A DNA stretch of 64,000 nt from the NCBI GenBank assembly GCA_964569335.1, contig CAZMVL010000007.1:24027-88026 (forward strand), given 5' to 3'. Origin of the DNA: an uncultured Paraperlucidibaca sp. (GTDB lineage Bacteria > Pseudomonadota > Gammaproteobacteria > Pseudomonadales > Moraxellaceae). Both the position numbers and the translations under genes were made by a program. Numbering within the stretch: position 1 is the stretch's first letter; each line of letters starts with the position of its first letter. This document shows, piece by piece, positions 34,888 to 43,059 of this stretch. The notes under the pieces are model-generated. The model was not told the DNA's origin, searched no databases, and worked only from the letters and a program-made list of their open reading frames with translations.

Positions 34888-35508
34888 TCAGGATTGGTAC
34901 TTTGAGCGTTGCGCCATTCGTCTAAGCATACGAAAGGTTTGCATGGCGTCATCGGGCAGGTTGTAGTTATAAATCACGCTGGGCACCAAGCCACCGGGCA
35001 GTGCGCTGCCCCACAATTCAATTTTTACGCGATCCTGCTGCAACGGCGTCAAACGCCAGCGGCTTTCAACCTGAGTCAGTCGCACCCAACCCGCCTGCTC
35101 CGGCAAACCACCCTTAACCGCCCTGGAATCGATACTGATAACCCCATTATTTTGATTCCGGGTAGCCACCACCACTACATCACGCGGTTTCAGGGGGTAT
35201 GGCAAACGATACTGGATGTACATCCATACCTGATTTTTTTCCCGCTTCAGAATTCGTGCGTGATTGACCCTGGCGGCCCATTCGCTCATCGCAACAGCAT
35301 CATTGAGGATAGCTTCAATTGCCAGTGTGGTGCCTGTCAGTGTGGTAACGCTATACACATCCTGATAAGCCGACGCCGTTGAACGCTTCAGATAAACACG
35401 AATATCGCGCTCTTTATCCTCTCGTGCCAGACGCCAGCCATCCGTCGTCGCCCAACTGACACTGTTCAATACACAGAGCAGCAATACCAGCGTGGCGCGA
35501 ACAAACAT
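34888..35508 (-). CDS. Exported START-domain lipid-binding protein
   Basis: Signal peptide; W.L..E...I.VY, LPYPLKPRD.V and PGGLVP motifs; start reassigned to ATG 35508 after the parB stop. Confidence 0.78.
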   Translation of the reverse strand: MFVRATLVLLLCVLNSVSWATTDGWRLAREDKERDIRVYLKRSTASAYQDVYSVTTLTGTTLAIEAILNDAVAMSEWAARVNHARILKREKNQVWMYIQYRLPYPLKPRDVVVVATRNQNNGVISIDSRAVKGGLPEQAGWVRLTQVESRWRLTPLQQDRVKIELWGSALPGGLVPSVIYNYNLPDDAMQTFRMLRRMAQRSKYQS

Positions 35509-35509
35509 G

Positions 35510-36403
35510 CTATTTAATGTGCTCCAAAATGCCATCAAGCTCATCCAGGGAGTTATAGGCAATCACAATACGACCCTTGCCACGGGCATTGCAATCAATC
35601 TGTACCGCCGCCCCCAGGCGCTCGGACAAATTGGTCTGCAATTGCCTGACGTTCGGATCCAGCTGATCCGTTTTTTTCTGGTCAGCAGACTTTTCCGCCA
35701 ATAGCTGACGCACCAGCGACTCGGTCTGACGCACCGACAAACCACGCGCAACCACCTGTCGCGCTGCCGAACCTTGCTGATTTGCAGGCAATGCCAGCAA
35801 GGCACGTGCATGCCCCATATCAATATCGCCATTTTCCAGCAGACGCTTGGCCTCATCCTGCAATGCCAGCAAACGCATCAGGTTACTGACCGCTGCCCGC
35901 GACTTGCCCACAGCATCCGCCACCTGCTGATGGGTCAGATCAAACTCATCGGCAAAGCGCTGCATTGCCAATGCTTCTTCCAACGGATTCAGGTCTTCCC
36001 GCTGAATGTTTTCAATCAATGCCAGCGCAATAGCTGCCTCATCACTGATTTCACGCACCCAGACCGGCACGGTATCAAGCTTGGCCAGCTGTGCGGCGCG
36101 CCAGCGTCTTTCACCGGCAATAATCTCAAAACGCTGCTCGCCCTGAGCACGGGCTACAATCGGTTGCAGCATGCCTTGTGCCGAAATTGAGTCGGCCAGC
36201 TCCTGCAGCGCCTCCGGATCCATTTCACGGCGCGGCTGATAACGACCCCGCTCCAGCCACTCCACTGGCAGCTGTCGCAGCTCATTGACTGGGGCCTTGC
36301 TAACGGTAGTTTGGGTCGCTTCCTGTTGCACCTTGCGCACAGTGCCCAAGAGTGCATCCAAGCCACGATTACCACCTAGTCCACGCTTTTTTCCAGTTAC
36401 CAT
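35510..36403 (-). CDS. parB: Chromosome partitioning protein ParB
   Basis: RGLG..RGLDAL ParA-interacting end, GERRWRA, ENIQREDL, HTH, MGHARALL. Confidence 0.96.
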   Translation of the reverse strand: MVTGKKRGLGGNRGLDALLGTVRKVQQEATQTTVSKAPVNELRQLPVEWLERGRYQPRREMDPEALQELADSISAQGMLQPIVARAQGEQRFEIIAGERRWRAAQLAKLDTVPVWVREISDEAAIALALIENIQREDLNPLEEALAMQRFADEFDLTHQQVADAVGKSRAAVSNLMRLLALQDEAKRLLENGDIDMGHARALLALPANQQGSAARQVVARGLSVRQTESLVRQLLAEKSADQKKTDQLDPNVRQLQTNLSERLGAAVQIDCNARGKGRIVIAYNSLDELDGILEHIK

Positions 36404-36419
36404 GAGTCAGTTCCGTTTA

Positions 36420-37190
36420 TCATTTTTTTGCTTTATGGCGACGTAACAATTCTGACGCCAACGCCAGATAGGCCATGGCCCCACGCGAGCTTTTGTCATA
36501 CTGCAGGGCTGGCAACCCATGCGCAGGCGCTTCAGCCAAGCGCACATTACGCGGAATGATGGTGTTCAGAACGGTATCACCAAAATGCGTCATCAGTTCA
36601 TTGGAGACGTCATTAGCCAAGGTATTACGCGGATCAAACATGGTGCGCAAAATACCCGCGATATAAAGGCTGGGGTTAGCTGTTTCAGCTACCCGATCAA
36701 TGGTTTGAGTCAGTGCTGCCAGACCTTCCAGCGCATAATACTCACACTGCATGGGAATAATGACGCCATCGGCTGCCACCAGACCGTTCAGGGTCAGCAT
36801 ACTCAAGGATGGCGCACAATCAATAACGATCACATCATAATCGGCACGTACTGGCTCTAAGGCCTTGCGCAAACGCCGCTCCTGATGACCAGCCTCCAGC
36901 AGCTCGACTTCTGCTGCGGTCAAATCACCATTGGCGGGCAGCAAGTCATAACCCCCACTACCAGCAATAATGACCTCGCGGGCTGACACACTGCCTAACA
37001 GCACATCGTAAATGCTCAGCTCAAGCTCATTTTTAGCCACCCCCGAACCGGTCGTGGCATTGCCCTGAGGATCCAGATCGACCAATAAAACCCGACGCTT
37101 GGTAGCCGCCAACGAGGCAGCCAAATTGACACTGGTGGTGGTCTTGCCTACGCCACCTTTCTGGTTGGCGATCGCAAAAATGATATTCAT
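36420..37190 (-). CDS. parA: Chromosome partitioning ATPase ParA/Soj
   Basis: NQKGGVGKTT, DLDPQGNAT, PRNVRLAEAP. Confidence 0.96.
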   Translation of the reverse strand: MNIIFAIANQKGGVGKTTTSVNLAASLAATKRRVLLVDLDPQGNATTGSGVAKNELELSIYDVLLGSVSAREVIIAGSGGYDLLPANGDLTAAEVELLEAGHQERRLRKALEPVRADYDVIVIDCAPSLSMLTLNGLVAADGVIIPMQCEYYALEGLAALTQTIDRVAETANPSLYIAGILRTMFDPRNTLANDVSNELMTHFGDTVLNTIIPRNVRLAEAPAHGLPALQYDKSSRGAMAYLALASELLRRHKAKK

Positions 37191-37226
37191 GAAAATCCTC
37201 GGCAGCCTAGGCAGCAATCACACCTG

Positions 37227-37859
37227 TCAGTAATTCGGACTGAGTATAATCAGGTGTCGCGCATCAGCCCTAAAGGGTACTCGCAAAGCGGGGGTAGTTT
37301 CGAGCCTAATTGTAGCGGGCAGCGCAGAGATTTCATCATCAGGTACATGACCTTTCATGGCCAACCAGCGACCACCGGGTGCTAACAGGTGCTGAGTGCC
37401 CGTCACCATGTCCTGCAAACTGGCAAAAGCACGACTGGTGATCTGCCCGTATTGACCCTCATGCTGTTCACAACGCTGATTAATCACCGTCACATTGGCC
37501 AATTGCATTTCGGCCGCAATCTGCTTCAGAAAGCGCGTTTTTTTACCATTGGAATCCAGCAAGGCAACGGGCAACTGTGGCCGCATCAAAGCAATCACCA
37601 TACCTGGCAAACCCGCGCCGGTACCAATATCAATCAGGGGCTGTTCGTTGATATACGGCAAAATGCTCAGGCTATCCAGCAGGTGCTTGTCCACCATTTC
37701 CAGCGGATCACGGATAGCTGTCAGGTTATAGGCCTTGTTCCACTTCAGTAGTGCTGCCAGATAGGTCAGCAAGCGCTGCTGCTCATCAGCGCTCAGGGCA
37801 ATATCCATCGCCTGCGAACCTTGCTGCAACCGCTGTGCAATCACCTCACTGATCGACAT
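37227..37859 (-). CDS. rsmG: 16S rRNA m7G527 methyltransferase
   Basis: WNKAYNLTA, HLLDSL, DIGTGAGLPG, SRAF, MKG. Confidence 0.96.
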   Translation of the reverse strand: MSISEVIAQRLQQGSQAMDIALSADEQQRLLTYLAALLKWNKAYNLTAIRDPLEMVDKHLLDSLSILPYINEQPLIDIGTGAGLPGMVIALMRPQLPVALLDSNGKKTRFLKQIAAEMQLANVTVINQRCEQHEGQYGQITSRAFASLQDMVTGTQHLLAPGGRWLAMKGHVPDDEISALPATIRLETTPALRVPFRADARHLIILSPNY

Positions 37860-39751
37860 CAAACAGCCACCCTGGATTGACGCTGTCTCTTCAACGCAAT
37901 CAGCAACAACGATACCGCCGCAGGCGTAACACCTGGAATGCGGCTGGCATGTGCCAGGGTTTCGGGCTTGGCCTGCTTCAGCTTTTGACGCACTTCGTTG
38001 GACAGGCTTTTTACCTGGTCATAGTCAAAATCAGCAGGCAGAACCAATGCTTCCTGTGACTTCAACTTGGCTACTTCCTCGCCCTGCCTGTCGACATAAC
38101 CGGCGTATTTCACACCGATTTCAATTTGCTCGCCCACCACTGGAGCCAAGGACTCTGCCAGCGTCGCCGGAGCCACCGCCAGCACATGCTGGTAGGTCAC
38201 TTGCGGACGCTTCAGCAGCTCATACAACGAACTTTCGCGGCTTAGCACCTGACCACTCAATTCAGCCAACTGTCTGGCCTGATCAGTATTCGGATGTACC
38301 CAGACTGATTTCAGACGCTCGGATTCGGTCTGAATAGCTTCCTGTTTGGCGCAATAGGCCGCCCAGCGCACATCATCGACCAGACCCAGCTCCCGACCTT
38401 TTTCGGTCAGACGCGTATCGGCATTGTCTTCACGCAGCATCAGGCGATATTCCGCACGTGAAGTAAACATGCGGTACGGCTCTTTGGTACCCATGGTGAT
38501 CAGGTCATCAACCAGCACACCCAGATAGGCCTGATCACGCGTTGGATACCAGCCCTCTTTATCCTGTGCCCGCAAACCGGCATTCAGACCAGCCAGCAAG
38601 CCCTGAGCACCGGCTTCTTCATAACCGGTAGTGCCATTGATCTGGCCAGCAAAAAACAGATTGTGAATGACCTTGGTTTCCAACGTGTGCTTTAGATCAC
38701 GTGGATCAAAATAGTCATATTCAATGGCGTAACCAGGTCGGGTGATATGGGCGTTTTCCATGCCACGAATCGAGCGCACCAACTGCATCTGCACATCAAA
38801 CGGCAGACTGGTTGAAATACCGTTGGGATACAGTTCGTGTGTATTCAAGCCTTCCGGCTCAATGAATACCTGATGCGAATCCTTGTCGGCAAAACGATGA
38901 ATCTTGTCTTCAATCGACGGGCAATAACGCGGCCCCACGCCTTCGATCACACCGGTATACATCGGTGAACGATCCAGCCCGGTACGAATAATGTCATGCG
39001 TTTTCAGATTGGTATGAGTAATCCAGCAATTGACCTGACGCGGATGCATGTCACGTGTGCCTAAAAATGACATCACCGGCAGTGGTATATCGCCGGGCTG
39101 AGCCTGCATCACCGAAAAATCGACCGACTTGGCATCAATACGTGGCGGCGTGCCGGTCTTCAGGCGACCCACGCGTAACGGCAGCTCACGCAAACGTTGC
39201 GCCAATGCGATAGAAGGCGGATCACCGGCACGACCCCCACGATGATTTTCCAGACCAATATGAATGGTGCCGCCAAGGAAAGTTCCCGTGGTCAGTACCA
39301 CGGTTTTGGTGTCAAAACGAATGCCGGTCTGGGTCACTACGCCCTTGACCGTTTCGCCCTCAACAATCAGGTCATCGGCTGCCTGCTGAAAAATATCCAG
39401 ATTGGGCTGATTTTCCAGAATCTGGCGAATCGCGGCCTTGTATAAAATGCGATCTGCCTGTGCACGCGTAGCGCGTACCGCTGGCCCTTTGCGACTGTTC
39501 AATACGCGAAACTGGATACCGGCCTGATCGGTGGCCAGTGCCATAGCGCCACCCAACGCGTCAATCTCTTTGACCAGATGAGACTTGCCAATGCCACCAA
39601 TGGCCGGGTTACAGCTCATTTGCCCCAAAGTCTCGATATTGTGTGTGAGCAACAGGGTCTGACAGCCCATGCGTGCAGCCGCCAGCGCAGCTTCTGTGCC
39701 GGCATGTCCGCCACCAATCACAACAACATCATAAGTTTTAGGATAACGCAT
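37859..39751 (-). CDS. mnmG: tRNA uridine-34 modification enzyme MnmG (GidA)
   Basis: [39 protein letters not shown]. Confidence 0.98.
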   Translation of the reverse strand: MRYPKTYDVVVIGGGHAGTEAALAAARMGCQTLLLTHNIETLGQMSCNPAIGGIGKSHLVKEIDALGGAMALATDQAGIQFRVLNSRKGPAVRATRAQADRILYKAAIRQILENQPNLDIFQQAADDLIVEGETVKGVVTQTGIRFDTKTVVLTTGTFLGGTIHIGLENHRGGRAGDPPSIALAQRLRELPLRVGRLKTGTPPRIDAKSVDFSVMQAQPGDIPLPVMSFLGTRDMHPRQVNCWITHTNLKTHDIIRTGLDRSPMYTGVIEGVGPRYCPSIEDKIHRFADKDSHQVFIEPEGLNTHELYPNGISTSLPFDVQMQLVRSIRGMENAHITRPGYAIEYDYFDPRDLKHTLETKVIHNLFFAGQINGTTGYEEAGAQGLLAGLNAGLRAQDKEGWYPTRDQAYLGVLVDDLITMGTKEPYRMFTSRAEYRLMLREDNADTRLTEKGRELGLVDDVRWAAYCAKQEAIQTESERLKSVWVHPNTDQARQLAELSGQVLSRESSLYELLKRPQVTYQHVLAVAPATLAESLAPVVGEQIEIGVKYAGYVDRQGEEVAKLKSQEALVLPADFDYDQVKSLSNEVRQKLKQAKPETLAHASRIPGVTPAAVSLLLIALKRQRQSRVAV

Positions 39752-39846
39752 GACTAAAGCCTCGCCGGCAGGCGCTCTAAAAGGGGTCGCGATTATACGG
39801 CCATGCAGGCATCAGAGACCAGTTCAATTTTTGAACAATATACCGC

Positions 39847-40503
39847 TTATTGCTTGCCTTCATTGATGTAGTCCGGCAACCAGCGCACGCTGGGGAAGAA
39901 CATGATACGAATCACACCAATCAGCATAACCAGATAACAACCACCATAGACCACGCCACAGGCCATGGTGACGTAATCAAAATTGGGCGAAATATACTTG
40001 ATGCCCCACCACGAAATGATGTCCGTCAGCGCCGCCGCCAAACCCGCGGGAAACATCCACTGATACAAGCGCACGCGGTTAAAGTGCATCGAAAACGGAA
40101 TACCGATAATAAAAAATGCCGTGGTAAAACCAAACAGATGCGCGTGAGTAAAGGTCAGCAGCTTGGTTTTGGTCATGCTTTGAAAATACGCATCTGTACT
40201 GCCGTGTATGGCAACCTGATTGATGGCCTGCGCAATGCCAAAGAAAAACGCCACACCAAACAACACAGCCGCCAGGCCAATGCCACGCTGAGCCGCCACC
40301 GGCAAATCCTGCAAGGAAAATGACAGGGTCTGATCCTTGAACGGAATAAACCAGCGCAGTAAAAAGCAGATCAGAAAGAAAAAGGCAACCAGCGCAATCG
40401 GGCCGCCCACAGTTTGCCACTGCGGCAGTGGCTCAGCCAGCGTAATAATGCTTTCGGGACTGATGGCCTCGTCGCTGAAAAAATCAAATGCCGCGTCTGC
40501 CAT
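39847..40503 (-). CDS. Uncharacterised polytopic membrane protein with THAHLFG motif (candidate heme-b membrane partner)
   Basis: About 5 hydrophobic helices; HxH within a TM; D..SWW..K motif; AAGGAG RBS; 2-nt gap from the upstream gene. Confidence 0.7.
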   Translation of the reverse strand: MADAAFDFFSDEAISPESIITLAEPLPQWQTVGGPIALVAFFFLICFLLRWFIPFKDQTLSFSLQDLPVAAQRGIGLAAVLFGVAFFFGIAQAINQVAIHGSTDAYFQSMTKTKLLTFTHAHLFGFTTAFFIIGIPFSMHFNRVRLYQWMFPAGLAAALTDIISWWGIKYISPNFDYVTMACGVVYGGCYLVMLIGVIRIMFFPSVRWLPDYINEGKQ

Positions 40504-40505
40504 GA

Positions 40506-41276
40506 TCAGGCTCCTTTCAGGCGCACATGCAGCAACGTGCCTGCCTGTTTCACCGCACGAATGATCGAGTCATCAAGTGTGTTGCCTGCCGCCACCGGCA
40601 GCTTGTCTACCGATACATTTTCAAAGCGCTTATACACAGCACGCCCCCTGGCCGCCGGTAGTTGCTCGGCATTCAGCACGCTGACCTGCGTCACAACCAA
40701 CTGACGATCCGTCGTCATCAGCAAATACATTGTCTTGCCACCATGCTGCGCCGGAAAAATCAGCCCGGTTCCGGCCGGACGCTGGTTTTCCAATGGAATG
40801 TAGATAGTGTTCTCATCTGCTTTGGAGAGCTTGGCACCCATCGTGGCAGCAGCCTTGATGTCATCATCGGTCAACACCGCATCACGCGTCATCCATTGCC
40901 GGACAGCGGCAAACTGCTCCCGCACTTCACGTGGAATCAGACTATTGGGGTCCAGCCAGTTACCTGGCGATTTCGGGGTTGAACGTTTATCGCCTGGATT
41001 TGCCTTGGCCTTGGCTTCCAGTGCATTGGCCACACCATCACCATCACTGTCTTTAGCTGCGATTTTGGCAAATGCCTGACGATTATGCCCCGCTGCTTTC
41101 AGGTCCTTGCCAAACTGATTCAGCTCCGAGCCACCGCCCGCACTGTGGCAGGCATTACATGAGGGCGTATAGCCATATTCATGCTGATACAGTCTGGCCG
41201 TTGCCGGTGTTGCCAGTGCCGCACTGGAAGCGCCTACCATCAGAAAGCTTATGACCACCATTACACTGCCACGCAT
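40506..41276 (-). CDS. Exported mono-heme c protein with DxDGDG Ca-loop and C-terminal FMN-bind-like domain
   Basis: GAGGA RBS supports ATG 41276; signal peptide ending ALA; CNACH at 41145-41159; NQFG..L...DSDGDGVAN..E....NPGD. Confidence 0.72.
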   Translation of the reverse strand: MRGSVMVVISFLMVGASSAALATPATARLYQHEYGYTPSCNACHSAGGGSELNQFGKDLKAAGHNRQAFAKIAAKDSDGDGVANALEAKAKANPGDKRSTPKSPGNWLDPNSLIPREVREQFAAVRQWMTRDAVLTDDDIKAAATMGAKLSKADENTIYIPLENQRPAGTGLIFPAQHGGKTMYLLMTTDRQLVVTQVSVLNAEQLPAARGRAVYKRFENVSVDKLPVAAGNTLDDSIIRAVKQAGTLLHVRLKGA

Positions 41277-41301
41277 CGGGGCTAATCCTCGGCTGAATTC
41301 A

Positions 41302-43008
41302 TCAAAAACCAAACAGTGACGGCACTGTTTCACGCATACGCCGCAGCGCTTCCTGTCCATCCTCGCCATCCTGCTGCAAACGCTGATACTGCACAGAGTC
41401 CGCAGGCGGCATCAGCTTGTTCGCCCTGTCGGTATCACGATAACGCGCCCAATCCAGCGCATCACGAATATCGCGGGTATTGCGAATGCTGTTCAACACG
41501 CCCTCTTCATCGGCTCCCGCCATGAAGTTCAAGCGCTTGGCCGGATTGCCGCGATGACAGGCAAAACAGTAACGCTCAAAATCTTTTAACACCATATGCT
41601 GACCAATCTGCAATGGCGGCTCGGCACTGGTGATCGGTGGCGACATTTCCTCGGTACTTTCACAGCAATACGCACGATCCTTGCCCAGCAGCGCGTTCAT
41701 CATGTGAATACGCACAAACGGCTTGGCCTCAAACAAGATATCCGGCATTTGTGCCACACGCGCCCGAATACGCGCCATATCAAACTGACTATACGCCGTA
41801 ATTTCCTTGATGTCGGACAGTGTAAACAAAGCTGCCAGCCCATAAACCGCGCTCAGATCTTCGGCGGTGATGATCTGAATTGGCGGGCGCTTGGTCAGCG
41901 GATCCAGATCGCTGGGCAACGGCGGCAGTTTCTCAAATGCTGACAAATCCTCATTATTGAGCGCACCATCACCGGTTTTGATTTGCCGTGTGGTCAACTT
42001 ACGCCACCAACCCTTAATGCCTTGCAGCTCGGCCAACGGATCACGATTGATCAGGTCAGGACTGGCCACAGCAATGCCCCGTTGCGGAAACGTCTGGCGC
42101 TGAAACACACGCAGCTGTTCTGCTTCAGCGCTGTCTTCACGAAAACTGCCCGGACTGATGGCATATTGCAGTGCCAGATTAAGCAACAAACGACGGCAAC
42201 TCAGCCCTTCGGCACCACAGGCATCTATCCACAACTGCTGTGTCACCGGCACAAAATTGGCGATATCCGTTAAAAAGTCGATACGTTCTGGCGAGGCCAA
42301 AGGCTGCCGCAAGGCAACATCGAGATAGCCCTCTGTACTGCCACGCGCCTGAGCAATGGACTCTGCCACTGCCTCATGCGCATTGGTTTCATTCCAGGGT
42401 CGCAACGGGAAAACAGGTGCCTTGCCCTGATGACAGGTGCTGCACACGGCGCGCTGCGCATAGACAATACGTGGCACACAATCGGCACAATAGTTTTGCA
42501 CCAACTGAAACTCGTAACGTCCGGCCAGCTCGTTATAACTGATGACCTCAATTTCATTGGCACGCTCAACAAAGCCCATAAACAACTGGCCACGTGCTTT
42601 CAGGCCTAATGAAGCCTCATTGTTATCCTGCTCAAAATCGGCTGCGACAATAATGCGCGGCAAGGCCTCATCCGCCTGCCCCTTAAGCAGCGAACGACCA
42701 TGCGGAATCAGCACATTTCGGGGTAATTCATTATTGGGAGAGCTGGCCTGCAACTGCTCCAGCAAACGATTGAACGGATAAGCCAGACCATCCTGCTGCG
42801 CCACAAAATGATCAAACAAAGAACGGGTACCTTCGGGTGGCAAATCTTCATCGCTGATGATCTGCGCCGACAACAGTGCCTCATGCACTACCGGCTGCTT
42901 GGCCAGCTCGCTTATCTTGACCTCGGTGGGCTGATTGAGCTTCTGGATCAACAGCAGTGCCACCAGCGCAACCGCCAATGCCAGCAGCGCTCTTATTATC
43001 CACTTCAT
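41302..43008 (-). CDS. Membrane-anchored/exported di-heme c-type cytochrome, unknown function
   Basis: N-terminal hydrophobic segment; CSTCH (42430-42444) and CFACH (41554-41568) with a downstream MPP Met-ligand motif. Confidence 0.75.
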   Translation of the reverse strand: MKWIIRALLALAVALVALLLIQKLNQPTEVKISELAKQPVVHEALLSAQIISDEDLPPEGTRSLFDHFVAQQDGLAYPFNRLLEQLQASSPNNELPRNVLIPHGRSLLKGQADEALPRIIVAADFEQDNNEASLGLKARGQLFMGFVERANEIEVISYNELAGRYEFQLVQNYCADCVPRIVYAQRAVCSTCHQGKAPVFPLRPWNETNAHEAVAESIAQARGSTEGYLDVALRQPLASPERIDFLTDIANFVPVTQQLWIDACGAEGLSCRRLLLNLALQYAISPGSFREDSAEAEQLRVFQRQTFPQRGIAVASPDLINRDPLAELQGIKGWWRKLTTRQIKTGDGALNNEDLSAFEKLPPLPSDLDPLTKRPPIQIITAEDLSAVYGLAALFTLSDIKEITAYSQFDMARIRARVAQMPDILFEAKPFVRIHMMNALLGKDRAYCCESTEEMSPPITSAEPPLQIGQHMVLKDFERYCFACHRGNPAKRLNFMAGADEEGVLNSIRNTRDIRDALDWARYRDTDRANKLMPPADSVQYQRLQQDGEDGQEALRRMRETVPSLFGF

Positions 43009-43030
43009 TGATTCATATCCTTTAAATCAA

Positions 43031-43051
43031 TGAGGGCCTTATCGGCCCTCA
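43031..43051 (-). terminator. Intercistronic hairpin
   Basis: TGAGGGCC-TTATC-GGCCCTCA, followed on the minus strand by TTGATTT. Confidence 0.55.
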
Positions 43052-43059
43052 CTGTTGCC

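Noticed and set aside
41277..41369. N-terminal extension with CGVC/CRHC in the 287-aa ORF, resembling a metal-binding motif
   Set aside because: It overlaps the upstream gene in another frame. The RBS and signal peptide place the true start at 41276.
42470..42495. CADCV as a third heme site in the 568-aa protein; likewise CTEEC and CAADC in the 815-aa protein
   Set aside because: No His follows the second Cys, so these are more likely disulfides.
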